A DNA stretch of 64,000 bases. It comes from Arcobacteraceae bacterium (lineage in GTDB: Bacteria > Campylobacterota > Campylobacteria > Campylobacterales > Arcobacteraceae). The stretch lies in the NCBI GenBank assembly GCA_963662945.1, contig OY759974.1, positions 2,112,001-2,176,000 of the forward strand, given 5' to 3'. How positions within the stretch are numbered: the first letter of the stretch is position 1; every line of letters begins with the position of its first letter. Shown one piece after another: positions 48,144 to 57,156 of this stretch. A program made the translations under genes and the position numbers. The notes beneath the pieces are model-generated. The model did no database searches. It saw only the letters and a program-made list of their open reading frames with translations, and was not told where the DNA came from.

Positions 48144-48338
48144 TTATGAAATAACTTGTATATCAAAATTTTTATCAAATTTATACAAAACCTTATTTTT
48201 ATCTAGAATATTCTGAATATTTAAAAACTCATCAATGTTTGTCTCTTCTTGAAATTTCATATTGACAACTCGATTTGTATTTTTATCAAATTTAAAAGTT
48301 GTAAAATTATTTATTTCATCAATTGTTTTTTGTCCCAT
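48144..48338 (-). CDS. Small hypothetical protein
   Basis: SD AAGGA; co-oriented between fldA and exbB. Confidence 0.6.
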   Translation of the reverse strand: MGQKTIDEINNFTTFKFDKNTNRVVNMKFQEETNIDEFLNIQNILDKNKVLYKFDKNFDIQVIS

Positions 48339-48351
48339 TACTTATCCTTTT

Positions 48352-48852
48352 TTATAGAATATCATTTCTGATTTGTTCACACCAAGCGATAATTCTTTCT
48401 TGTGTAAGGTTGTCTTGATTATCTTCATCAAGTGCAAGTCCTACAAAACTATTATCTCTTACTGCTAGTGATTCATCAAAAGTATATTCATTAGAAATTT
48501 CCCATCTTCCAATAACTTTTGCCCCATTTTCAATAACTTTGTCGTAAATAGTTCCCATAGCATCAAGATAATTATAAGAATATCCATCTTGATCACCTAA
48601 TCCAAATAGAGCAACTGTTTTTCCTGAAAAATCTATTTTGGTAAAACTCTCCCAATGCTCATCCCAATCATCTTGTAATTCACCATCACCCCAAGTAGAA
48701 GAACCAAGTATCACTTTATCATATTGAGATATTGTTTCTATATCACAAGAAGCTATGTCAAAAGTTTTAAGACCACCTAGAATTTTTGCTATATCTTTAG
48801 CGATATTTGAAGTATTTCCTGTACTACTTGCATAAAATATTGCTGTTGCCAC
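48352..48852 (-). CDS. fldA: Long-chain flavodoxin
   Basis: ASSTGNT, STWGDGELQDDW, FGLGDQ, FVGLALDEDNQ. Confidence 0.95.
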   Translation of the reverse strand: MATAIFYASSTGNTSNIAKDIAKILGGLKTFDIASCDIETISQYDKVILGSSTWGDGELQDDWDEHWESFTKIDFSGKTVALFGLGDQDGYSYNYLDAMGTIYDKVIENGAKVIGRWEISNEYTFDESLAVRDNSFVGLALDEDNQDNLTQERIIAWCEQIRNDIL

Positions 48853-49270
48853 TGCATCTCCTTTTTTTTCTTAATAATGAATTGAGTGAATAAGGTATAA
48901 CTTTGATTATATACTCTTCACTACATGAATCTAACTCTTTGAGTTTAATTTGAATATGTTTTGTAAAATTATCATGTTTTGGATACACAAGATATATTTG
49001 TGGAATATTTCCTTGAAGTATGATATTTTTTGCTGTTTCTATCTCTTGTTCAATATGGAGATTTGTTATATCAATCTCTTTATGAATAGGGATAACTTTT
49101 ACAGGTGAGCTATCAAATGGTGTGATATCAATACTATCACAATTTTTAGTCACATATCTATTTTTTGTGTCCCTTGCTATTTTTTTATATACAAAATCAA
49201 AAAAACTGTTTTGATTGTCTTTTGTAGAATCATATATTCCTAGTAATCTGTTACATTCATTTATACTCAT
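48824..49270 (-). CDS. Hypothetical protein
   Basis: ORF overlapping both neighbours in the operon; no recognised motif. Confidence 0.6.
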   Translation of the reverse strand: MSINECNRLLGIYDSTKDNQNSFFDFVYKKIARDTKNRYVTKNCDSIDITPFDSSPVKVIPIHKEIDITNLHIEQEIETAKNIILQGNIPQIYLVYPKHDNFTKHIQIKLKELDSCSEEYIIKVIPYSLNSLLRKKRRCSGNSNILCK

Positions 49271-49608
49271 TTTATACCTCTTTGTTTACAATTTTCATTT
49301 GCATAGCACTCTTTACAATCTGTAATTCCCATGATTTTTACATATTCTTCATACAAACAACTGGCACTTTGTTTTGAACAAATTACGGGTAAGTCTCTTT
49401 TTTTTGCTTCACTTTTAAAGTGTTTCATAGCATTGTGATTAAGATATGAAGTCAGCATTACTACACACTGTGTATCTTGTGGAATTGTTTTTTTACAAGC
49501 ACTTGATTTGTTTCTTGCATCCCAATGATTAATTTTTGTTACACCTAACTCTTTTAAAACATTACTTAATGTTGTTACTTTGTCACCACCTATAATTAAT
49601 GCACACAT
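49267..49608 (-). CDS. DUF2325-like protein with Cys-rich tail
   Basis: LIIGGD, HWDAR, VVMLTSYLNHN, KSEAKKR; tail CKECYANENC. Confidence 0.75.
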   Translation of the reverse strand: MCALIIGGDKVTTLSNVLKELGVTKINHWDARNKSSACKKTIPQDTQCVVMLTSYLNHNAMKHFKSEAKKRDLPVICSKQSASCLYEEYVKIMGITDCKECYANENCKQRGIK

Positions 49609-49624
49609 AATTATCCTTTCATAT

Positions 49625-49697
49625 TAATAATCATTATCAATATGAAAGTATAAAGAGATTTTGCTTAAATGATTCTTAATATTGATAATAATTATCA
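49625..49697. promoter_or_regulatory. Two Fur boxes in the divergent DUF2325/fur promoter
   Basis: TAATAATCATTATCA 49625-49639; TGATAATAATTATCA 49683-49697. Confidence 0.8.
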
Positions 49698-49758
49698 ATA
49701 AGATATTTAAATTTTTTATGTTATAATCTCTAATAAAGATTTATATTGGAGAGATAAT

Positions 49759-50196
49759 TTGGATAATAGTAAGATAATAGATAAATTGAAACAAGTAATT
49801 AAAGACAAAGGTTTAAAATATACAAAACAAAGAGAATTAATCTTTGAAACTATTTTAGATTGTGAAAAACATTTAAGTGCAGAAGATACATACAATGTTA
49901 TCACAGAAAAATATCCAGATGAAAAAATTGGAATTGCTACAGTTTATAGAGCTTTAGCATTTTTAGAAGAAGCTCATCTGATATCATCAATTTCAGTTGA
50001 TAAAAATATACGAAAATTTGAGACAAATTTTAAAGAACACCATGATCATTTGATATGTACAGAGTGTAATAAAATTGTAGAATTTGTAAATGAAAAAATA
50101 GAAAAAGAGCAAGAAAAAATAGCAAAAGAAAATAATTTCAAGCTATTAAATCACACAATGTATTTGTATGGTATATGTGAAGATTGTAAAAAATAG
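49759..50196 (+). CDS. fur: Fur-family transcriptional regulator (paralogue 2)
   Basis: GLKYTKQRE, HLSAED, IGIATVYRAL, EHHDHLICTEC, YLYGICEDC; TTG start. Confidence 0.9.
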   Translation: MDNSKIIDKLKQVIKDKGLKYTKQRELIFETILDCEKHLSAEDTYNVITEKYPDEKIGIATVYRALAFLEEAHLISSISVDKNIRKFETNFKEHHDHLICTECNKIVEFVNEKIEKEQEKIAKENNFKLLNHTMYLYGICEDCKK

Positions 50197-50216
50197 ATAT
50201 TTGGAAAGGAGAATAG

Positions 50217-50768
50217 ATGTTTGAAGTGATGTTATTGGCAATTGCACTTAGTATGGATGCGTTTGCAGTTTCAATTGGTGTTGGGGTCAAAGCAAAAATT
50301 TTTGATAAATACTTGGCTGTAAAAGTAGCACTGTTTTTTGGTATATTTCAAGGACTTATGCCATTATTCGGTTATCTTGCTAGTATTGGATTAGGAAGTT
50401 TTATAGAATCAATTGATCATTGGGTAGCATTTATACTTTTAAGTTTGATTGGTGGAAAAATGCTTTATGATAGTTTTGGTGAAAATACAGAAGATGAAAT
50501 CTCTTCAACAACAAATAAAGTTTTATTATTACTTGCCATTGCTACAAGCATCGATGCTATGGCTGCTGGATTTACTTTAGAATTAATGAGTCTAAATCCT
50601 TTTGTGTCTATGATTGTTATAGGAATAACTACTTTCATTTTTAGTTTTATTGGAGTGTATTTGGGGACTAAAGGGGCAACTGCTTTAGAAGATAAAGCTG
50701 AAAAGTTAGGGGGAATTGTACTCATAGCAATTGGTTCAAAAATTTTATTAGAACATCTAATGAGTTAA
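50217..50768 (+). CDS. mntP: Manganese efflux pump MntP (copy 2)
   Basis: ALSMDAFAVS, FQGLMP, IDHW, ATSIDAMAAG. Confidence 0.9.
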   Translation: MFEVMLLAIALSMDAFAVSIGVGVKAKIFDKYLAVKVALFFGIFQGLMPLFGYLASIGLGSFIESIDHWVAFILLSLIGGKMLYDSFGENTEDEISSTTNKVLLLLAIATSIDAMAAGFTLELMSLNPFVSMIVIGITTFIFSFIGVYLGTKGATALEDKAEKLGGIVLIAIGSKILLEHLMS

Positions 50769-50783
50769 TATAAAAGATACTTA

Positions 50784-50804
50784 ATATGATAATCATTATC
50801 ATAT
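50784..50804. promoter_or_regulatory. Consensus Fur box upstream of fbpABC
   Basis: ATATGATAATCATTATCATAT; second site TGATAATGATTACTA at 50840-50854. Confidence 0.9.
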
Positions 50805-50869
50805 ATAAGTAGCCTTTAAGATTAGTTATCATATTATTTTGATAATGATTACTAATATAAAGGAATAAA

Positions 50870-51877
50870 ATGTTTCCACATTTAATTTTTTCACTACTAT
50901 TTACTAGTTGTATTTTTGCAAATATACAAGAGGTAAATATTTACTCTCACAGACACTATGATACAGATAAGCAACTCTATAAAATCTTTGAAGAAAAAAC
51001 AGGTATTAAAGTCAATATTGTAAAAGCAACAGCAAATGAACTAATCAAAAGGTTAGAGAGTGAAGGAAAAAATTCACCTGCTGATATACTTATCACATCA
51101 GATGTAGCAAGGTTATATTTAGCACAAAGTAAAGGTTTGTTACAAAAAATAGATTCTAAAGTTTTAGACGAAACTATACCAAAAAATTTACGACATAAAG
51201 ATGGATATTGGTTTGCTTTAACCAAAAGAGCTAGAGTAATTGTTTACAATAAAGAAACCGTAAATCCATCAACAATTATTACTTATGATAGTTTGCTCAA
51301 TTCGGAATTTAAGGGTAAAGTCTTAATGAGAAATTCAAGTAATATTTACAATCAATCTTTACTAGCTTCAATGATTGCAAATTATGGGGAAGAAAGAGCA
51401 CAACAATGGGCACAGGGTATGGTAGACAATTTTGCAAGAGACCCAAAAGGGAACGATATAGATCAAATGAAAGCAGTAGCTGCTGGAATGGGAGATGTTG
51501 CTATTGTCAATACATATTATCTTGGAAAATTATTAAGCTCACAAAAATTCAGTGAAGTTGCAGTTGGAAAAAAGATGGGTATAGTTTTTCCAAATCAAAA
51601 TACAACAGGAACTCATGTAAACATTTCTGGTGCTGGAGTTGTAAAATATAGTAAAAATAAAGACAATGCCATAAAACTCATAGAGTTTTTAGTTTCAAAA
51701 GAAGCACAAAGTTTATTTGCCCAAGCGAATTATGAGTATCCAATAAACAAAGAGGTAGAACCATCAAAGATAATAAAAGCGTGGGGAGAATTTAAAGAAG
51801 ATACACTTCCGTTAGATCAATTAGGTCTCTATAATGAAAAAGCAGTAAGAATATTTAATAAGGTTCATTGGAAATAG
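50870..51877 (+). CDS. fbpA: Fe(III) ABC transporter periplasmic protein (FbpA/FutA)
   Basis: YSHRHY, SPADIL, VNTYY, GTHVNISG, NYEYP. Confidence 0.92.
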   Translation: MFPHLIFSLLFTSCIFANIQEVNIYSHRHYDTDKQLYKIFEEKTGIKVNIVKATANELIKRLESEGKNSPADILITSDVARLYLAQSKGLLQKIDSKVLDETIPKNLRHKDGYWFALTKRARVIVYNKETVNPSTIITYDSLLNSEFKGKVLMRNSSNIYNQSLLASMIANYGEERAQQWAQGMVDNFARDPKGNDIDQMKAVAAGMGDVAIVNTYYLGKLLSSQKFSEVAVGKKMGIVFPNQNTTGTHVNISGAGVVKYSKNKDNAIKLIEFLVSKEAQSLFAQANYEYPINKEVEPSKIIKAWGEFKEDTLPLDQLGLYNEKAVRIFNKVHWK

Positions 51878-51878
51878 T

Positions 51879-53468
51879 GTGAAAAAACTTTATATTGCAT
51901 CAAATTGGATAAGTTTTTCTACAATCATCACACTTATTTTAGTAACGCCTATTATTTTAATTGTACTGAATGCTTTTGGGACACAAAGTGATACTTTAAT
52001 TCATTTGAAACAAACTGTATTAAATGGTTATATCATCAATACGCTTATATTATTGGTTAGTGTTTCTATTTTAGCTTTTATTTTTGGAGTTGGTGGTGCT
52101 TATTTTGTCACTTTTTATGACTTTAAATTTTCAAAGTTTTTTGCTATTGTTTTGGTATTACCTTTTTTAATTCCTTCTTATATTTTGGGATTTATCTATT
52201 CAGATATTTTTGGGTTTTATGGTATTGTCCATATGTCTTTTATGGATATGGGAGGAAAAAATTATTTTGATATACTTAATATGAAGTCAGTTATCATAAT
52301 ACTTTCACTTGCTTTATATCCGTATATATATCTTATTGTAAAAGCTTCTTTTGCAAAAAATTCTAGTTTTTTACTAAATCCAGCATTATCTTTAGGTGCT
52401 AGTAGATTGAAAATATTTTATAAAATAATTTTACCATTATCTCGTCCTGCGATTATTGGGGCTCTTTCTTTAGTAATGATGGAAACAATTAGTGAATATG
52501 GTTTAGTAAAATATTATGGAGTTGATACTTTAAGTACAGCTGTTTTCACAGCATGGTTTGGCTTAAATGATCCAAATAGTGCTGCATATATTTCAACTAT
52601 AGCTATGGTAATGGTATTTACTATTTTAATAGTTGAAAAACTTAATCGTGGAGATGCAAAGTATAAAATTGAAGCAGTGCCTACTGCTATTAAAAAAATA
52701 AAACCTACAAAAGTAGGGCAGTTGGGTATTATTGTTTTTGTATCATTCCCTTTTGTTTTTGGTTTTTTAATTCCTATTCTTTGGATAGCTTTTTATTCTT
52801 TTGAACACTATACTTTGATTGTACAAAATGAGTTTATAACTACAGTTATAAATAGTTTTATAGCAGCATTTCTTTCCGCATTTTTTATTATTTCTATAGC
52901 TATTCTTTTAGGATATAGTGCAAGAGTGTTTGATAATACTTATATGAAATATCTTTTAAAAGTAGCGACATTGGGATACTCAATTCCAGGTGCAGTTATT
53001 GCTGTTGGTATAATAATTTTAAGCACTTCAATTGATAATTATTTAATTGACATTTTTCAAATCAATGGTTTGGTGTTAGGTGGAACATTATTTATTCTTT
53101 GTTTTGGATATGTAGTGAGATTTTTAGCTGTTGGATTAAATAGTGTTGAATCTTCTTTTGAAAAAATTGGTTTTGGAGTAAATAAAGCTTCAAGAAGTTT
53201 GAATAAATCTCTTTTTCAAACTCTTTTAAAAGTAGATTTACCATTGATAAAAAGTGGAGTTGTGGCAGGTTTTATTCTTGTTTTTATTGATATTTTAAAA
53301 GAGTTACCAGCAACATTGATTTTGCGACCTTTTAACTATGATACATTGGCTACTAAAACTTATGAGTTAGCTTCTATTGAGATGGTACAAGAATCTTCTA
53401 TTTATGCTTTAAGCATTGTTCTAGTTTCCATTATACCAATTATTTTTATACTTAGGAATTATAAATGA
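51879..53468 (+). CDS. fbpB: Fe(III) ABC transporter permease
   Basis: Duplicated permease, LPLSRPA, GYSIPGAV, KELPATLILRPFN. Confidence 0.92.
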   Translation: MKKLYIASNWISFSTIITLILVTPIILIVLNAFGTQSDTLIHLKQTVLNGYIINTLILLVSVSILAFIFGVGGAYFVTFYDFKFSKFFAIVLVLPFLIPSYILGFIYSDIFGFYGIVHMSFMDMGGKNYFDILNMKSVIIILSLALYPYIYLIVKASFAKNSSFLLNPALSLGASRLKIFYKIILPLSRPAIIGALSLVMMETISEYGLVKYYGVDTLSTAVFTAWFGLNDPNSAAYISTIAMVMVFTILIVEKLNRGDAKYKIEAVPTAIKKIKPTKVGQLGIIVFVSFPFVFGFLIPILWIAFYSFEHYTLIVQNEFITTVINSFIAAFLSAFFIISIAILLGYSARVFDNTYMKYLLKVATLGYSIPGAVIAVGIIILSTSIDNYLIDIFQINGLVLGGTLFILCFGYVVRFLAVGLNSVESSFEKIGFGVNKASRSLNKSLFQTLLKVDLPLIKSGVVAGFILVFIDILKELPATLILRPFNYDTLATKTYELASIEMVQESSIYALSIVLVSIIPIIFILRNYK

Positions 53469-54415
53469 AACATATCGTATCTTTACAAAATATCTCTAAA
53501 ACTTTTGAAAAAAACAAGGTTTTAGAAAATATCTCTTTAGATATTGATAAAGGGAAAATCATATCTCTTTTAGGAAAAAGTGGAAGTGGTAAGACAACTT
53601 TATTAAATATTATTGCAGGTTTTGAAACAAGTGACAGTGGAATGATGGGATTGAATAACAAAATCATTTTTGATAGCAATAATTTCATTGAACCACAAAA
53701 AAGAAATATAGGTTTTGTATTTCAAAACTATGCACTTTTTCCCCATATGAATATTTTTGACAATGTAACTTTTGGAGTAGATAATAAATCTTTGGAAGAA
53801 AAACAAAAGATTGTAAATGGACTTTTAAAATTGGTAGATTTAGAAGGTTTAGAAAAAAGATACCCACATGAATTATCAGGAGGGCAACAACAAAGAATAG
53901 CACTTATACGTGCTATGGCATTAAATCCTCAACTTATACTTTTAGATGAACCTTTTTCAAGTATAGACAATATGGTGAAATCTACTATACAAAAACAACT
54001 TTTAAGTATACTAAAAAGTAGTCATAAAACAGCTATTATTGTAACTCATGATGCCAATGAAGCAATGGCATTAAGCGATAAGATAATCTATTTAGAAGAG
54101 GGTAAAATAGTCCAATATGATACCCCACAGAATATTTATAAATATCCAAAATCAAAACAAGTTGCAAGTAGTTTTGGAGTAGCTAGTTTTATAGTTAAAG
54201 AGGGAAAAACTTATTGTATTAGACCTACTGATGCAAGTTTTGTGAAAAATGGTACATATAGGACTGTTATAAAAAGTAAATTATTTCAAGGTGAAAAGTA
54301 TATTTATGAGGTAAAGATAAATGATGAAGTTATCATCTTATATTCAACAAATGATATTCAAGAAGAGTATGCAAACATAGAGATAAATTGGGAAAATGCA
54401 TCACTTATTGATTAG
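53465..54415 (+). CDS. fbpC: Fe(III) ABC transporter ATPase
   Basis: GKSGSGKTT, FQNYALFPH, YPHELSGGQQQR, LDEPFS. Confidence 0.9.
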   Translation: MKHIVSLQNISKTFEKNKVLENISLDIDKGKIISLLGKSGSGKTTLLNIIAGFETSDSGMMGLNNKIIFDSNNFIEPQKRNIGFVFQNYALFPHMNIFDNVTFGVDNKSLEEKQKIVNGLLKLVDLEGLEKRYPHELSGGQQQRIALIRAMALNPQLILLDEPFSSIDNMVKSTIQKQLLSILKSSHKTAIIVTHDANEAMALSDKIIYLEEGKIVQYDTPQNIYKYPKSKQVASSFGVASFIVKEGKTYCIRPTDASFVKNGTYRTVIKSKLFQGEKYIYEVKINDEVIILYSTNDIQEEYANIEINWENASLID

Positions 54416-56374
54416 TGTTGGTTTCCCAAAATAATATCCTTGTGCATAATCAACACCAACTTCTTTAATTTTTTCAAATACATCTTTTGAATAAACAAAC
54501 TCACCTATTGTTTTAATATTGAGTTTACGTGCAAAATCAACAATTGTTTCAGTAATAATTTTAGAATCATTATTGACATCAATGTTTTTAATCATAGAAG
54601 CATCAATTTTAATATAATCAACTTTTAATTTCATAAGATATTCAAAGTTTGAATATCCAGTACCGAAGTCATCAATTGATATTTTACATCCATAAGGTTT
54701 AATTTCATTTATAAACTCTACTACTTTTTCAAAGTTTTCTATACCTTCTGACTCTATGATCTCAAAAACTATTTTATTTCCAATATTACTTTGTTTAAGT
54801 CTTTGTTTTATTAGTGTCACAATCTCTTGATTTAAGATATCATCTACACTTAAATTAATTGAAACCATACAATCTAAATTTTTAAAAGTATCAAAAGTTT
54901 TGTTAATAATGATTGTTGTCAATGCACTGTAAAGTTTATTCTTTTTTGCTAATTCAAGAAAATAAGCAGGAGCTATATATTCCCCATTGTCATCTAACAT
55001 TCTCATTAAAGACTCATATTTTACAATTTTCTGAGTTTGACAATCAACAATTGGTTGAAAGAGTGGTACAATTTTGTCATTTTGTATTGCATCTTTAATT
55101 TTTTTTGTCCATTTAAGATTTTGTTCATATTCATGTTCAACTTGCATCGATGGATCATAAATCAAAAAGTGTTGTTTTCTTTTTTTTGCAATTTTAAGGG
55201 CGATATCTGCATTTGTTAAAAGAGAATGATCACCATGTGCAATTCCTATAGTACAGTTTATAAAAATACTATTGTGTAGGTTATCAATATCAAAATTTTC
55301 TTTATTGAGTTTAGAAAGAAGTGTATTTGTGAAAGTTTCAAAATAAGCTAAATCATAATTTTGATTAAATAATATTGCATATTCATCAGCATTAAGTTTA
55401 AAAAGTATTGTATCTTTTTCAAGTTTTTCATTTAAAAATAATGCAAGTTGTTTAAGTATCTCATCACCAACAATGTGACCATAAAGATCATTTATCTCTT
55501 GAAATTTATCTATATTAAGAAGCATTAGTACATAATAGTGTTGTTGGTCAAGGTATTCTATGAGTTTTCTTCTATTAGGTAGTTGTGTTAGATGATCATT
55601 ATAAAATTGAAACTCTATTGAATCTAACATCGTATTAAATACTTCTTGCATAGACCCTATCTCTTCAACATTATCAATAATATTTATTCTTTCACTTAAA
55701 TCGTGACTTTTAGAGATATTATGTATAACTTTAACAAAGTTTTTGATTGGTTGGAGAAGATGTTTATTAAATTCAAAAAAAAGTATCATAAATAATACGG
55801 TAGTGAAAATTATTATAAAATAAATAAAAAAGTTAATCATCTCACTAAGAGAAACTTTTAAATCAACTACAGGGTAGGTTATGTTGATTACTCCAAGTAT
55901 ATCTTTTTCTTTTGCACTTAAGTGACATTTTAAACACTCTTCTTTTGCAATAATTGGATAAAAGTATTCAATATTTTCATTTTCTAAAATATTAAGAACT
56001 TCTTCTCCCTTTAATGCAGTTTGTATTTTTGTATTACTTTCTCTTGCTAGTTTATCTTTTTGAAAATCATCAAAATCTTTTACAACAATTTCAGAACGAA
56101 ATACATCAATTTTTAAATCTTTATTCACTTGATTTAATCTGTAAACTATTTGTGCTAACTCTTCTTTATTCCAACCTTTTGCCATAGCTGAATATAAAGA
56201 TTCAAAGATAAACATACTTGTTTGTTTTGCATCTACTTTAGAAAGTTTATGAATAGAGTCTCGTTTTAAATATTCCCCATATAAATAAGCAACAAATAGA
56301 GTCAGTATTAAAGTAATAGCCATTATTTTTGCTGTAATTTTAGTATATGATGTTTTATTGATAGTATTTCCCAC
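54401..56374 (-). CDS. Membrane c-di-GMP phosphodiesterase: periplasmic CxxCH domain, HAMP, degenerate GGDEF, EAL
   Basis: CLKCH between two TMs; NADEY replaces GGDEF; YESLMR, SINLS, DDFGTGYSN, KID, QGYY. Confidence 0.88.
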   Translation of the reverse strand: MGNTINKTSYTKITAKIMAITLILTLFVAYLYGEYLKRDSIHKLSKVDAKQTSMFIFESLYSAMAKGWNKEELAQIVYRLNQVNKDLKIDVFRSEIVVKDFDDFQKDKLARESNTKIQTALKGEEVLNILENENIEYFYPIIAKEECLKCHLSAKEKDILGVINITYPVVDLKVSLSEMINFFIYFIIIFTTVLFMILFFEFNKHLLQPIKNFVKVIHNISKSHDLSERINIIDNVEEIGSMQEVFNTMLDSIEFQFYNDHLTQLPNRRKLIEYLDQQHYYVLMLLNIDKFQEINDLYGHIVGDEILKQLALFLNEKLEKDTILFKLNADEYAILFNQNYDLAYFETFTNTLLSKLNKENFDIDNLHNSIFINCTIGIAHGDHSLLTNADIALKIAKKRKQHFLIYDPSMQVEHEYEQNLKWTKKIKDAIQNDKIVPLFQPIVDCQTQKIVKYESLMRMLDDNGEYIAPAYFLELAKKNKLYSALTTIIINKTFDTFKNLDCMVSINLSVDDILNQEIVTLIKQRLKQSNIGNKIVFEIIESEGIENFEKVVEFINEIKPYGCKISIDDFGTGYSNFEYLMKLKVDYIKIDASMIKNIDVNNDSKIITETIVDFARKLNIKTIGEFVYSKDVFEKIKEVGVDYAQGYYFGKPTLINK

Positions 56375-56491
56375 GCAAAATCCAAAGTATTAAATTAGAT
56401 TAATAGTATCGAAAAATAATACATTTATCCCTTAAAGAGTCTCAAAAAAGTTTTAAAATTTTTGATTGAAAATTGATATTAAAAAAAGGAG

Positions 56492-56518
56492 AAAAAAGGT
56501 CTTAAGATGACCTTTTTT
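56492..56518. terminator. Intrinsic terminator
   Basis: AAAAAAGGTC-ttaagat-GACCTTTTTT just after the 56523 stop. Confidence 0.75.
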
Positions 56519-56522
56519 ATTT

Positions 56523-57089
56523 TTATACAGCACCCATTAGTACTTTTGTGCTTTCTCCAATTAGTTCACACATTTCTTCATAAGATTTTGATTTCTCTTC
56601 AACATCTGCTTCAAGTAATTCTTCATAAAGTTTTTCAATTTTATCTTCATTGCTTTTGATTGATTTCATATCTGATTTATCTAAATCAGCTAAATCTAAT
56701 AATTCATTCCAAACTGAACTTTCATCAAGCATAAAAGCTGTGAATTTTACACCTTCGTATTCAAATGTACCATTTCCTTCTAAGTCTGTTACATATAAAA
56801 GATTTAATCCATCTTTGCTAAAAAATTGTTTGTATTTTTCAAAAAGAGGTTTGAAATGATTAAAACTTTCTAACTCACAAGCAAAAAATTTGATTGCTTC
56901 ACCTTCATTAATCATAATAACTTGTCTTGCTTGGATTTTTGGAGGTAATTTTCTATCTGGGCTTAATTGTTTTCCCTCTTCAACTATCATAGCTCCTCTG
57001 TAACCATAAAGTCCGTTACTTAATTCACCACTAAAAGATGGTTGCCAATCTAATTCATTTTCTTTCATATACTCAATAACAGTTGCCAT
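56523..57089 (-). CDS. Acidic hypothetical protein
   Basis: SD AAGGA, 188 aa, own terminator. Confidence 0.7.
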   Translation of the reverse strand: MATVIEYMKENELDWQPSFSGELSNGLYGYRGAMIVEEGKQLSPDRKLPPKIQARQVIMINEGEAIKFFACELESFNHFKPLFEKYKQFFSKDGLNLLYVTDLEGNGTFEYEGVKFTAFMLDESSVWNELLDLADLDKSDMKSIKSNEDKIEKLYEELLEADVEEKSKSYEEMCELIGESTKVLMGAV

Positions 57090-57156
57090 TGTAATTCCTT
57101 GTTGTAATTTATCAATTGGCTATGCAAGTATTGTTCCAAAATGTATTATTGAAATA

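Noticed and set aside
48132-48146. Fur box directly upstream of exbB
   Set aside because: Only one good half-site (TGATAAT); too weak to call
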